Source of the DNA: Candidatus Woesearchaeota archaeon
GTDB lineage: Archaea; Nanobdellota; Nanobdellia; SCGC-AAA011-G17; GW2011-AR18
Direction: 5' to 3'
Assembly: GCA_964524105.1 (NCBI GenBank)
Contig: CAZGBX010000002.1
Location: forward strand, 3,653 to 37,940
Length of the DNA stretch: 34,288 nt
Below are positions 25,549 through 34,288 of the stretch, in pieces; within the stretch, counting starts at the first letter, position 1; each line of letters begins with the position of its first letter. Both the position numbers and the translations under genes were made by a program. The notes beneath the pieces are model-generated. The model worked only from the letters and a program-made list of their open reading frames with translations. It was not told where the DNA came from and did not search any database.

Positions 25549-26488
25549 TTACAAATTCATAAGCAGAATAAGCTCCTAACACAGCCTCTGCAACTCCAGT
25601 TATTGCTTGTTTAAACTTTGCTTCAACCACATCACCAGCAGCATAAACTCCTGGAACATTAGTCTCAGCACTTCTATTAATCTTAATCTCTCCTTTTTTA
25701 TTTAATTTAACACCAACTCCTTTTGCTAGATCAGATAATGCAATGTGTCCTATAGCTACAAACACTCCATCAAGTTGAAACTCTTGAGATTTCTTATATG
25801 GCTTATCTAATAAAACAGAAGTAACTTTACTTGAATCACCTTTGATTTCTTTCACATTAGTGTTATTAATAATCTCAATCTTTCCTTTCTTAACAAAAGC
25901 TTCAACCTTCTTCAAGTTAACAGGTTCAGCTCTAATCTTTTCTTTTCTATAAATAATATAAACTTTTTTTCCACCCTGAGCTAATACTAAAGCATCTTTG
26001 GCAGCACTATCAGAACCACCCACAATTGCAGTAACCTTCCCTCTATAAGCAAAAGCATCACATAGAGCACAATAGTGTACACCTTTGTTAGCATACTTAA
26101 CCTCTCCAGGTACTCCTAACTTTTTCCATTTAGTTCCAGTTGCAAATAGTATAGTTTTCCCTTTGAACACTTTCCCGTCTTCACTCTTAACTTTAAAACA
26201 AGATTTTAACTTATCAACTTTAACGATTTTTTTATTCTCAACAGAAATATCATAATCCTCAGCATGTAATCTGATTTTATTAGCTAACTCAAACCCAGTT
26301 AACTGTTTAAATCCTGGATAATTAGAAACTTCATCTGTAGTAGTTATCACTCCACCCATTTGATCTCCAAACAATAATGGCTTCATAGCTAACCTTCCTG
26401 CATACATTGCAGCAGAAAACCCAGAAACACCACCACCTACAATAATAATGTCATAAAGAACTTTAGTGCCTCCTTTTTTAGCTACCAT
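25538..26488 (-). CDS. trxB: Thioredoxin reductase
   Basis: YDIIIVGGG, GVHYCALCD (CxxC), VGGSDSA and TNVPGVYAAGDV. Confidence 0.93.
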   Translation of the reverse strand: MVAKKGGTKVLYDIIIVGGGVSGFSAAMYAGRLAMKPLLFGDQMGGVITTTDEVSNYPGFKQLTGFELANKIRLHAEDYDISVENKKIVKVDKLKSCFKVKSEDGKVFKGKTILFATGTKWKKLGVPGEVKYANKGVHYCALCDAFAYRGKVTAIVGGSDSAAKDALVLAQGGKKVYIIYRKEKIRAEPVNLKKVEAFVKKGKIEIINNTNVKEIKGDSSKVTSVLLDKPYKKSQEFQLDGVFVAIGHIALSDLAKGVGVKLNKKGEIKINRSAETNVPGVYAAGDVVEAKFKQAITGVAEAVLGAYSAYEFVNGN

Positions 26489-26521
26489 ACAATTATCAGT
26501 ACAGAATTAATTAATAAATGT

Positions 26522-26812
26522 TTAGATTAAGCACCTTCCAGCAATCCAATATTCAATTTTCGGATCTTGACAAGCCACACAAGCATTAGTATAAGTATCA
26601 GTACACTTCCCTGTTACACATCTAAAGAATTTAGGGTTAGATATCCCACATACTGGTTCATGTTCCATTGTACATGCTTCAGCTTCTTTTAATTCTGGTG
26701 CACAGGGGTTTGCATAAGGATTATCCACTATTACATACTTGTATTGTTGAAAAAAGAAGTAACCTATTGCAATCAAAACAATTATTCCTATTATTGTCCA
26801 CACTTTGCTCAT
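26522..26812 (-). CDS. Membrane-anchored Kazal-type domain protein
   Basis: N-terminal TM helix; CTMEHEPVCG...TYTNACVAC...GRC Kazal pattern. Confidence 0.78.
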   Translation of the reverse strand: MSKVWTIIGIIVLIAIGYFFFQQYKYVIVDNPYANPCAPELKEAEACTMEHEPVCGISNPKFFRCVTGKCTDTYTNACVACQDPKIEYWIAGRCLI

Positions 26813-26899
26813 ACTAGGGTTTCACATTTACTGATTTATAATGTTTGTGCTTAAGCTCAACCATAATACTTATAAACTTTTGTTAACTATCGTTAACGC

Positions 26900-28009
26900 A
26901 TGGAAATCTACTTAGATCACGCAGCAACAACATACTGTAGAGAAGAAGTAATTCAAGCAATGCTTCCTTATTTTAACCAGAACTTTGGTAATCCTGGTTC
27001 TTTCAATTCATTCGGGTTAAAAGCAAAAGAAGATATAGAAAAAGCAAGAAAACAAGTTGCAAATATAATCAATGCACTTCCAGAAGAAATAGTTTTCACA
27101 GCCGGTGGAACAGAATCAATTAACATAGCATTACAAGGAATAAAAAAAGGACACATTATCACTTCTAAAGTTGAACATCCTGCGGTCTTAAACACTTGCA
27201 AAGCATTAGAAAAAAAAGGTTATGAAGTAACTTATCTTGAAACAAACAAGTACGGTCAAGTAGAAAAAGAAACTTTAAAGAAAGCAATAAAAGAAAACAC
27301 AGTTCTAGTTTCAATCATGTACGCTAATAACGAAATCGGTTCTATTAACAACATAAAAGAATTAAAGAAAGTTTGTAAGGGCATTCCTTTCCACACTGAC
27401 GCTTGCCAAGCTAGTGAAGAAATAAACGTAAGAGATCTTAAAGTAGAATTATTAACATTAAACGGTTCTAAAATCTACGGCCCAAAACAATCAGGTATTC
27501 TCTACATAAAGAAAGGAACAGAACTAAATCCTATCTTATTCGGTGGCGGTCAAGAAAATAATTTAAGGCCTGGAACAGAAAACGTCCCTTATATCATTGG
27601 ATTCACAAAAGCTTTACAGCTATCATACAATGAAAAAGAAAATAAGAGACTAACAAAACTAAGAGACTACTTAATTAAAGAAATATTAAAAATTCCAAAA
27701 ACTTCACTTAATGGCCATCTAACAGAAAGACTACCAAATAACATTAACATAACTTTCGATAACATTGAAGGAGAATCTTTACTTTTATACTTAAATGAAC
27801 ATGGGATTTGTGCAGCAACAGGATCAGCTTGCACATCAAAAACATTAGATCCAACCCATGTAATAACTGCAATAGGGAAAAGTCAAGAAGAAGCACATGG
27901 CAGTTTAAGATTCACTTTAGGTAAAAAAACTACAAAAGAAGATATTAACAAACTACTAAAAGTTCTACCTGAAGCAGTAAAAAAACTAAGGGAAATATCT
28001 CCACTATGA
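26900..28009 (+). CDS. iscS: Cysteine desulfurase (IscS/NifS type)
   Basis: IYLDHAATT, FGNPGS, HTDACQ, KIYGPK, GGGQE..LRPGTEN and catalytic TGSAC. Confidence 0.95.
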   Translation: MEIYLDHAATTYCREEVIQAMLPYFNQNFGNPGSFNSFGLKAKEDIEKARKQVANIINALPEEIVFTAGGTESINIALQGIKKGHIITSKVEHPAVLNTCKALEKKGYEVTYLETNKYGQVEKETLKKAIKENTVLVSIMYANNEIGSINNIKELKKVCKGIPFHTDACQASEEINVRDLKVELLTLNGSKIYGPKQSGILYIKKGTELNPILFGGGQENNLRPGTENVPYIIGFTKALQLSYNEKENKRLTKLRDYLIKEILKIPKTSLNGHLTERLPNNINITFDNIEGESLLLYLNEHGICAATGSACTSKTLDPTHVITAIGKSQEEAHGSLRFTLGKKTTKEDINKLLKVLPEAVKKLREISPL

Positions 28010-29445
28010 AACCTGACTTAGAAAAAAACAAAGAGAAATGGTTCTACAGTGAAACAGTCAAAGATCACTTTTTTAATCCTAAGAATTTACTTAAAGATGA
28101 AACTGAATTCGCAAAAGAAGCTAACGGCGTTGGTGAGGTTGGTTCTCCAGATTGCGGTGATGTCATGAAATTCTGGATAAAAGTAGAGAATAATAAGGTC
28201 ACAGAAGCTAAATTTAAAACATACGGTTGCCTACTTGGTAGTACACGTATTATGACTCCCAGGGGAAAGGTTATGATAAAAAATATTGCCCCTGGGGATT
28301 ATGTGTGGGGGTGGGATAATTATAAAGTTGTAAAAGCTAAAGTTTTAGGAAATGTAAAGAGGGAAGTAGACAAAGAAGAATTGATTAAAATAGAATTTAA
28401 CAGAAAGAAAGGCTCAAAAACAAACTATAAGATGTACGTTACAAAGAATCACCTTTTCTTTATAAATAATTCATGGGTTGAGGCATCAAATTTGAAAGAA
28501 GGGGATGAATTATTTCATATTAAAGAAAAAGAATGGCGCTCTTTAAACAACGTTGGTAGAAGAACTTGGTTAAAACAAAGAAATTCATCTAGGCTTAAAA
28601 CAAATAACCCTATGTTTGACCCTAAAATTGTTAAGAAAACAGTAGAGACATATAAAAAACTACTAGAAAGGGGGAGTATTGTTAATTGGATGCAAACGGA
28701 AATGGGAAAAAGAGAAACTGCTAAAAGGATGAGGCTGGATAATCCGATGTTTAATCCTGAAATTGCAAAGAAAAATAGAGAAAGTCAAGACCTCAGGCCC
28801 ACTAAAATAGAACAAAAAGTTATGGATATTATAAAGTTAAATAATCTTCCAATAAGGTATGTGGGTGATGGCAAATTTTGGGTGACAGATAAAGAAACTA
28901 AAAGATGTAAAAATCCTGATTTTAAAGTGAATCACCAAAGAAAACTAATAGAAGTATATCTTTCAAATTACCCTTGGCAAAAAAGAGATAAAAAGTGGGT
29001 TAAAGAAAGAGAAATGTTTTTCACAAAACAAGGATTCAAAACACTATTTTTAGACATCGCTAAAGAAACAGATGTATTACAAAAAATTCAAACTTTTCTG
29101 CACAATGGAGAAAGGATTTCCAAGATTAGAGATATTAAACGATCTGAGTTTGTAAAAATTAAAAATAATTCTGGAAAAATTGAAGTTTACGACCTACAAC
29201 TAACTCCTCCGCACACATTTTTTTCTTGGAGGGTTTTATCTCATAATTGTGCCTCAGCAATTGCATCAACATCTGTATTAACAGAGATGGTAAAAGGAAT
29301 GACAATAGAACAAGCACTAAAGATTAAACCTAAAGATATTGTAGAAAAACTTGGTGGTTTACCACAAATAAAAGTCCATTGTTCAGTTTTAGGTAATCAA
29401 GCCTTAAGGGCAGCAATCAAAGATTATCAATATAGAACTAATTAA
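28006..29445 (+). CDS. iscU: Fe-S scaffold IscU/NifU-N precursor containing an intein (139 aa after splicing)
   Basis: YSETVKDHFFNPKN, GSPDCGDVM, FKTYG|intein|CASAIAS and LGGLPQIKVHCSVL; coupled to iscS (ATGA overlap). Confidence 0.93.
   Translation: MKPDLEKNKEKWFYSETVKDHFFNPKNLLKDETEFAKEANGVGEVGSPDCGDVMKFWIKVENNKVTEAKFKTYGCLLGSTRIMTPRGKVMIKNIAPGDYVWGWDNYKVVKAKVLGNVKREVDKEELIKIEFNRKKGSKTNYKMYVTKNHLFFINNSWVEASNLKEGDELFHIKEKEWRSLNNVGRRTWLKQRNSSRLKTNNPMFDPKIVKKTVETYKKLLERGSIVNWMQTEMGKRETAKRMRLDNPMFNPEIAKKNRESQDLRPTKIEQKVMDIIKLNNLPIRYVGDGKFWVTDKETKRCKNPDFKVNHQRKLIEVYLSNYPWQKRDKKWVKEREMFFTKQGFKTLFLDIAKETDVLQKIQTFLHNGERISKIRDIKRSEFVKIKNNSGKIEVYDLQLTPPHTFFSWRVLSHNCASAIASTSVLTEMVKGMTIEQALKIKPKDIVEKLGGLPQIKVHCSVLGNQALRAAIKDYQYRTN
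28228..29247 (+). mobile_element. Intein (340 aa) with Vsr/DUF559-like endonuclease domain
   Basis: Block A CLLGSTRIMTPRG, block B VTKNHLFF, block F VYDLQLTPPHTFF, block G SHN|C; central PTKIE...PDF...LIEV. Confidence 0.93.
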
Positions 29446-29858
29446 CTCTTTTTGTATTCTTTAACTAATCTTATTTCATTATCCTTCAAGAATCCTTTTT
29501 TCCTTAAATCTTCTAATTCTTTTCTAGTTAACTCATTAAAACCTGCCTTTTTACATGATTTTATGGAGGCAATATTATCTTTCTTTATTGTGGCATATAA
29601 TCTATCTAATTCATGCTTTTTTACAAGTAATTCCTTTGCTAAAGGAGGAATTCCCTTGCCTCTAAACTCTGGAGAAATTATTGTTTGAACAAAACCACTT
29701 CTTTTTAGGACTTTAGAAGGTATATACCCAATAATCCCTGCTTTTTTACCATTGACTAAGATAGTGTAATAAACTCCTTCCACTTTCACTAAAACTTCTT
29801 CCTTTTCTTTAAGAGAATTATAAAATCCTTCATCAAATTTAGTTAGTTTTATCCTCAT
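29442..29858 (-). CDS. GNAT family acetyltransferase
   Basis: ISPEFRGKGI acetyl-CoA motif and DNIASIK..KKAGF. Confidence 0.88.
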   Translation of the reverse strand: MRIKLTKFDEGFYNSLKEKEEVLVKVEGVYYTILVNGKKAGIIGYIPSKVLKRSGFVQTIISPEFRGKGIPPLAKELLVKKHELDRLYATIKKDNIASIKSCKKAGFNELTRKELEDLRKKGFLKDNEIRLVKEYKKS

Positions 29859-29971
29859 GTTTTAAGAGGTGGTATAAAGTTATATAAGCATTTAGTTTAA
29901 AAATTCAATCAAAACACGAAAAACTTTAAATAGCATTACTTTCAAAAAAAATAAAAAGGGTGATATAATCT

Positions 29972-30064
29972 ATGAATGAAGATTTCTTTGAAGAAGAACT
30001 TGAAAAAGAAGATTACGATGAATGGGAAGATTATGAAGAACCTGATTACGACGACGACGATTAG
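29972..30064 (+). CDS. 30-aa hyperacidic microprotein (absent from ORF track)
   Basis: MNEDFFEEELEKEDYDEWEDYEEPDYDDDD; TTTAAATA at 29925-29932, SD GGTGAT at 29959-29964; stop overlaps the stop of the convergent gene. Confidence 0.7.
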   Translation: MNEDFFEEELEKEDYDEWEDYEEPDYDDDD

Positions 30065-31581
30065 TTTGTATTACAGCATGCATTACCATGTGCTGGACAA
30101 ACATACTCTTCTTCAACTACACCACCATTATCATCACATTCTGCTAAATCAACAGTACAAGAATAAGGACAAGCTTCTAACTCTAGCGCATTACAACAAT
30201 AATATTCTTCTGGTGTACAATCATATTCATAACTCACTTCCCCACCTAAATCATCACATTCTGCTAAATCAACAGTACAAGAATAAGGACACTGTTCTCT
30301 TACTGGTGTAGATTCACTACAACAATAAGGGTCAGATGCATCATTATCACAAATAGTCTCTTCTACAACAGTCCCACCCCAACTATCACATAATGATGGA
30401 CTATCTACACACTCTCCAGGACAAGGATCTAATATTGATTCTTGACAACAAAACACATTAATTGTCCCTAAACATTCTGTATTTTGTTCTAAAATATCTC
30501 CATAACAATCAACTCTACTTTCAACACAACTTCCAGGACATTCAACTAACTCTGGCATATCAACATCACAACAAACTTGTCCTTCTGTTTCACACATTGT
30601 ATTATCAATCACATGTCCTCCATAACCATCACATTGTGATTGACTTCGCACACAATCTCCTATACAAGAATCTAAATCCGGTTCATCCACACTACAACAC
30701 ACTTCTCCTGGGCTACAAGAAGCTTCATAATCTACCATTACTTCACCCTCATAACCTTCACAAACAGACCTACCACTTACACAACTTCCAGGACAATCTG
30801 GCATATCTCCATAACAATCACAGAAAACTTTACTTGTATCACTACATGAATAATGCCCTTGTGTAGTTCCACCTCTTACCATACATTCCAAATCACTATC
30901 TAAACAACCATAATCATATTGACACTCATCTTCACAAGGACCACCAGTAGTGTCACTTTGATCCATTTCACAACACACAGTTGGAGAACCATGCAAGTCA
31001 TCACATTCATAACCTTCTCTTACAACACCGTCAACTTCACAAGATTCTCTAATTGTACATGAAAAAGGACAATCTCCTAAACCTGGGTCTTCACTACAAC
31101 ATATTGCACCTTCAGCAGTACAAGCACCCTCTAACTGTTCTCCTCCAGCACTAACACACGCAGTTAATGTTTCAACACAAGTTCCAGAACATTGATACGG
31201 TCCACCAGCTGGATAATCACAACAAATCATTAAATCATCTTCACAATCAAATTTCTTATTTTCAAATCCATCCATAGATTCACAAGACTCAGTTGGCATA
31301 CATTCAAATGGACATTCATCTTTTGAACCAAACCATCCTTTCAAAGTTCCAAAAAATCCCCCTCGGTCATGTCCTCTACTTAAAGATGAATAAGTTGAAT
31401 CTCTTGGTCCACCACTTCCATCTGATGGTATTCCTTCAGTTTCAGATGGTGTAGTTGCTTCAGCAGTACCTTCAACTTTATCTTTTAAATTTCCTGCTAA
31501 CAATCCACCAATCAATAATAACAATAATATCCCAATTGCAATATAGAAATACTTACTCTTGTATATCACCCCTAAGTCCAT
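30061..31581 (-). CDS. Membrane-anchored surface protein with about 10 six-cysteine repeats
   Basis: N-terminal TM helix, low-complexity linker, then acidic repeats of form C-x3-C-x5-6-C-x10-14-C-x6-9-CC. Confidence 0.85.
   Translation of the reverse strand: MDLGVIYKSKYFYIAIGILLLLLIGGLLAGNLKDKVEGTAEATTPSETEGIPSDGSGGPRDSTYSSLSRGHDRGGFFGTLKGWFGSKDECPFECMPTESCESMDGFENKKFDCEDDLMICCDYPAGGPYQCSGTCVETLTACVSAGGEQLEGACTAEGAICCSEDPGLGDCPFSCTIRESCEVDGVVREGYECDDLHGSPTVCCEMDQSDTTGGPCEDECQYDYGCLDSDLECMVRGGTTQGHYSCSDTSKVFCDCYGDMPDCPGSCVSGRSVCEGYEGEVMVDYEASCSPGEVCCSVDEPDLDSCIGDCVRSQSQCDGYGGHVIDNTMCETEGQVCCDVDMPELVECPGSCVESRVDCYGDILEQNTECLGTINVFCCQESILDPCPGECVDSPSLCDSWGGTVVEETICDNDASDPYCCSESTPVREQCPYSCTVDLAECDDLGGEVSYEYDCTPEEYYCCNALELEACPYSCTVDLAECDDNGGVVEEEYVCPAHGNACCNTN
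30130..30291. repeat. 42-bp exact direct repeat, 120 bp apart, within the Cys-repeat gene
   Basis: ATCATCACATTCTGCTAAATCAACAGTACAAGAATAAGGACA at 30130-30171 and 30250-30291. Confidence 0.9.
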
Positions 31582-31616
31582 ATATTAAAATTATAAAAAA
31601 TACTATTTAAACATTA

Positions 31617-32273
31617 CTATTTTTCTCTAAGGTAAGCAAATTTCTTAGGATTAGAAATAAAATCAATATATAACTTCATTTTGTGTTTCTTTGCATTAGC
31701 CCTTCGTGTTAGCAACTTGAACCTCTTATTAGGGACGAATTTGTTTCTTGATAATAAATAATATGCTGCCCCGTGTGTCTTTTCAATCTTCTTATAATCA
31801 GCTTTAACTTTATCTGGCATCAAGTTACACATTATTAAGGTAGCTTGTGATTGGTTTGAAGTAACATGGATAGATTTAGATGGGACTTCAACCCTGTAAC
31901 CTTTTTTACAAACAATTGGATAGAACCCATTGCTTTTATGTAACATAAAAACTCCTTCACCTTTAAGAACTTCATATATCTCTCCACACTGATGAGAATG
32001 TCCGTGAGTTTTAACAAACTCATGCCCTAGTTTTCCAGAAGGCATTATAGTGATGTCAAACCTTAACCTAAACTTTCTAAATATCTTATCATCTCCCGGT
32101 ACGTAAATTCCTTTGTAAACATAATAAAGTCTTTTATCTTTTCCTTGATTTCTATCTTTCAAAACTTTATTAATGTCATTTATAGTTTTAACTTCTGGTT
32201 CAGGAATTACAGCTTCTTTTGAAACTAACTTTCCATTAACATATTCTAAATCAAAACCTACATTAAGTTTCAT
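31617..32273 (-). CDS. Cupin-type (archaeal) glucose-6-phosphate isomerase family protein
   Basis: LYYVY, LRFDITIM..GKLG.EFVKTHGHSH..EIYEVLKGEG...H..N cupin motifs. Confidence 0.85.
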   Translation of the reverse strand: MKLNVGFDLEYVNGKLVSKEAVIPEPEVKTINDINKVLKDRNQGKDKRLYYVYKGIYVPGDDKIFRKFRLRFDITIMPSGKLGHEFVKTHGHSHQCGEIYEVLKGEGVFMLHKSNGFYPIVCKKGYRVEVPSKSIHVTSNQSQATLIMCNLMPDKVKADYKKIEKTHGAAYYLLSRNKFVPNKRFKLLTRRANAKKHKMKLYIDFISNPKKFAYLREK

Positions 32274-32311
32274 AATAAATTAAAGGAGTGATAATATTAA
32301 TAAATGTTTAC

Positions 32312-34288
32312 TTAATCAAATGGTCCATCACCATTTGGATAGGGGTCAAACGCTGGTGGGGTATCTTCTTCATCATCATAAGGTTGGAATGGAAAACCTT
32401 CAGGTGATTCTACTGGACTATTAAATCTAATAGGCGCAACATATCTCATACAATAAACATCACTCTCTGGATCATTCAAAATCCTTCCGATTCCATCACC
32501 TAATAATTCTCCACTTTCTGTAGCTTTTAATCTTTCTCTAGCTGCCAAATATGCCTCTTCTGAATTTAGGGTTTCATCATCTAATGGTGCACCACCTTCA
32601 TCTTCATGATAAAAAAATACAGTTAATCTTCTCAAGCCCCTTGCTTCTGCTAAACTACGAAGTTCTTGCTCCCTATATTGTCCTTTTGGAATACAAACAG
32701 TTGCAACCATATCATCTCCAACTCTACTAATTCCATCTGTCCATGTCTCTTCAGGTACTACTGCACTACCTAATCCTCGGTCTCCTCTAAGTTCCCCTAC
32801 TGCCGCATTATCAAGTTGGCTTTCTCCTTCATCCCTTTTAAGTTCTGGAACACCTGGCCCCTTAGCAAGAACACACCATCTCTCTAATCCTATATCTTCA
32901 GGCCTCCCTGTAATTGCCTTCCAATCCATTTCAATATCATAACTATCTGGAATATCTCCATCTTCTACACCTGCTTCCCTATAACGATCTTCAAATGAAA
33001 GTCCTGCATATTGCTTAGCATGAGTAACAGCTGTTCTTTTATCTCTCCCATCTGCACATACAGCAACCTGTAAACCTTTTCCTTCTGAAAAAACAATGCC
33101 TTGTGCACCTTCTAATCTTTTTCTTTGCTCTACAACCCTTCTAACAACTTGCTCTGCAGTTCCTAAGTGTCTTTCAACATCTGGTCCTTTAGCAAAAACA
33201 CACCATCTTTCTTTTCCTTCCTCAGGGGGTGCTGTCATTGCTACCCAATCATGTTCCACTTCTACGTCTAAGCCCCTAGTTTTATAAACTTGTTTTAAAT
33301 CTTTTCTTGCAATTGCTACTGCACTGCCAACAGCTCTATCCTTATCTCTCCCATCTGCACAGTGAACTACACTTATTGCTTCACTATTCATATCTACCCA
33401 AGGAACTCCGGCAGTTAATTCAAGCTTTTTTTCCATTGCTTTTCTTACATCTTGACTTGATTCTAACACTGCAGTTAGTTCGCTCTCGCTCATGTCTGCG
33501 AAATCTTCTCTTCCATCATCACCTAATGCTCCATCTGCCAATTCACCTTGGGGTACACCGCTACCTACTAATCCCAGGTCTCCCCTAATTGCCTCTACTG
33601 GTGGCCCGTCTATAAGCACACACCATTTTTTATTCCCTGGTGTATCATCTTCTCCATGGACATATGTTACAGACTCCCATTTTCCATCAACAATATAGGG
33701 TGTTTGTTCTACTTCTAAACCATGTCTGTCTCTGTAAAATTCTTCTAAATCTAATCCTGCATAATTCTCTGCATGCACAACAGCTGTCCTATCAGTCAAT
33801 CCATCTCCACATGCAACCGCTTTTATACCATTTCCCTCTGCCCAAGGAGTTCCAGCTCTTGATTCTAATTCCGCTCTCCTTATTCTTACTCTCTCTGATT
33901 CACTTTCTTTATCATCATCACCTAATGCTCCGCCCCTTCCTTCATGTTTATCAGTTTCAATCTCTGGACCAGTTAGATCAACACAAGCCTCTACATTCCC
34001 ACCTTTCTCTTGGGGATGAAGAATAATTGGGGGTTTAGCTTGAAGAATTACATCTGAACCACGACCCTCTCTAAAATAATAATCTCTTAAAAATCTCTCA
34101 CCCATTCCCACAGCTAACGCATGTGCTGTTTGAGCATCTAGATTTTGCCCGCAACTTGTAAGAACTGCTCTTCCATCTTCAAATCTCACTACTCCTTCTC
34201 GACTCTTTGCTTTTGCAAAAGCCTGCCTTATTCTTACTCTCTCTGATTCACTTTCTTCTGCTCTTCTTTTTCTAACTGCTTCAGCTGC
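32312..34288 (-). CDS. Large acidic repeat-domain protein, 5'-truncated by window edge
   Basis: Frame is open to 34288 (AAEAVRKRRAEESESERVRIR...); at least 5 repeats with an hC...A...WCV..xGP pattern. Confidence 0.8.
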   Translation of the reverse strand, partial: AAEAVRKRRAEESESERVRIRQAFAKAKSREGVVRFEDGRAVLTSCGQNLDAQTAHALAVGMGERFLRDYYFREGRGSDVILQAKPPIILHPQEKGGNVEACVDLTGPEIETDKHEGRGGALGDDDKESESERVRIRRAELESRAGTPWAEGNGIKAVACGDGLTDRTAVVHAENYAGLDLEEFYRDRHGLEVEQTPYIVDGKWESVTYVHGEDDTPGNKKWCVLIDGPPVEAIRGDLGLVGSGVPQGELADGALGDDGREDFADMSESELTAVLESSQDVRKAMEKKLELTAGVPWVDMNSEAISVVHCADGRDKDRAVGSAVAIARKDLKQVYKTRGLDVEVEHDWVAMTAPPEEGKERWCVFAKGPDVERHLGTAEQVVRRVVEQRKRLEGAQGIVFSEGKGLQVAVCADGRDKRTAVTHAKQYAGLSFEDRYREAGVEDGDIPDSYDIEMDWKAITGRPEDIGLERWCVLAKGPGVPELKRDEGESQLDNAAVGELRGDRGLGSAVVPEETWTDGISRVGDDMVATVCIPKGQYREQELRSLAEARGLRRLTVFFYHEDEGGAPLDDETLNSEEAYLAARERLKATESGELLGDGIGRILNDPESDVYCMRYVAPIRFNSPVESPEGFPFQPYDDEEDTPPAFDPYPNGDGPFD
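33878..34257. repeat. 32-bp exact direct repeat, 348 bp apart, encoding ESESERVRIR
   Basis: CCTTATTCTTACTCTCTCTGATTCACTTTCTT at 33878-33909 and 34226-34257. Confidence 0.88.

Noticed and set aside
1602-27201. Numerous short ORFs nested antisense to identified genes (e.g. 6665-6937, 10506-10835, 17513-17818, 21166-21648)
   Set aside because: They lie within well-supported genes on the opposite strand and show no motifs
30130-30291. DGR template/variable repeat pair
   Set aside because: Copies are identical with no adenine-specific mismatches, are in-frame domain repeats, and no reverse transcriptase is present
29976-30311. 111-aa His-rich plus-strand ORF (also 30462-30866, 33307-33588 and 33640-34026)
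   Set aside because: Antisense shadows of long minus-strand genes; the 29972 frame explains the SD better
1-34288. Alternative genetic code (stop-codon reassignment)
   Set aside because: TAA, TAG and TGA all terminate conserved genes at expected positions; only one in-frame stop was seen

Overview
AT-rich, gene-dense chromosomal segment of an archaeon, most likely DPANN (Woesearchaeota/Pacearchaeota-like). This is inferred from GatDE, TrmB, ATP-dependent ligase, archaeal-type FtsZ, translin, cupin PGI, tRNA-Arg(GCG) and TATA-box promoters. Most genes are housekeeping: methylthiotransferase, lig, ftsZ, gatD/gatE, tldD/pmbA, aspS, ybaK-like, asnS, tmk, transporters, two tRNA-Arg genes, VKOR, trxB, iscS/iscU and pgi. 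These are interspersed with many Cys-rich secreted or surface proteins. Main oddities: (1) a 340-aa intein with a Vsr/DUF559-like nuclease inserted in IscU directly before an Fe-S-ligating cysteine; (2) two microproteins missed or mis-called by the ORF track, a protamine-like (KVKR)n polycation and a 30-aa polyanion, each with TATA box plus strong SD; (3) structured non-coding elements on both sides of ftsZ, including three CCGCCAA motifs in hairpin loops between duplicated promoter modules; (4) a bacterial-type AspRS without the GAD domain, coupled to a YbaK-like editor. The ligase frameshift, an in-frame TAA in the KVKR gene and a tRNA stem mismatch suggest residual sequencing errors. No CRISPR array, integrase or transposase was seen.
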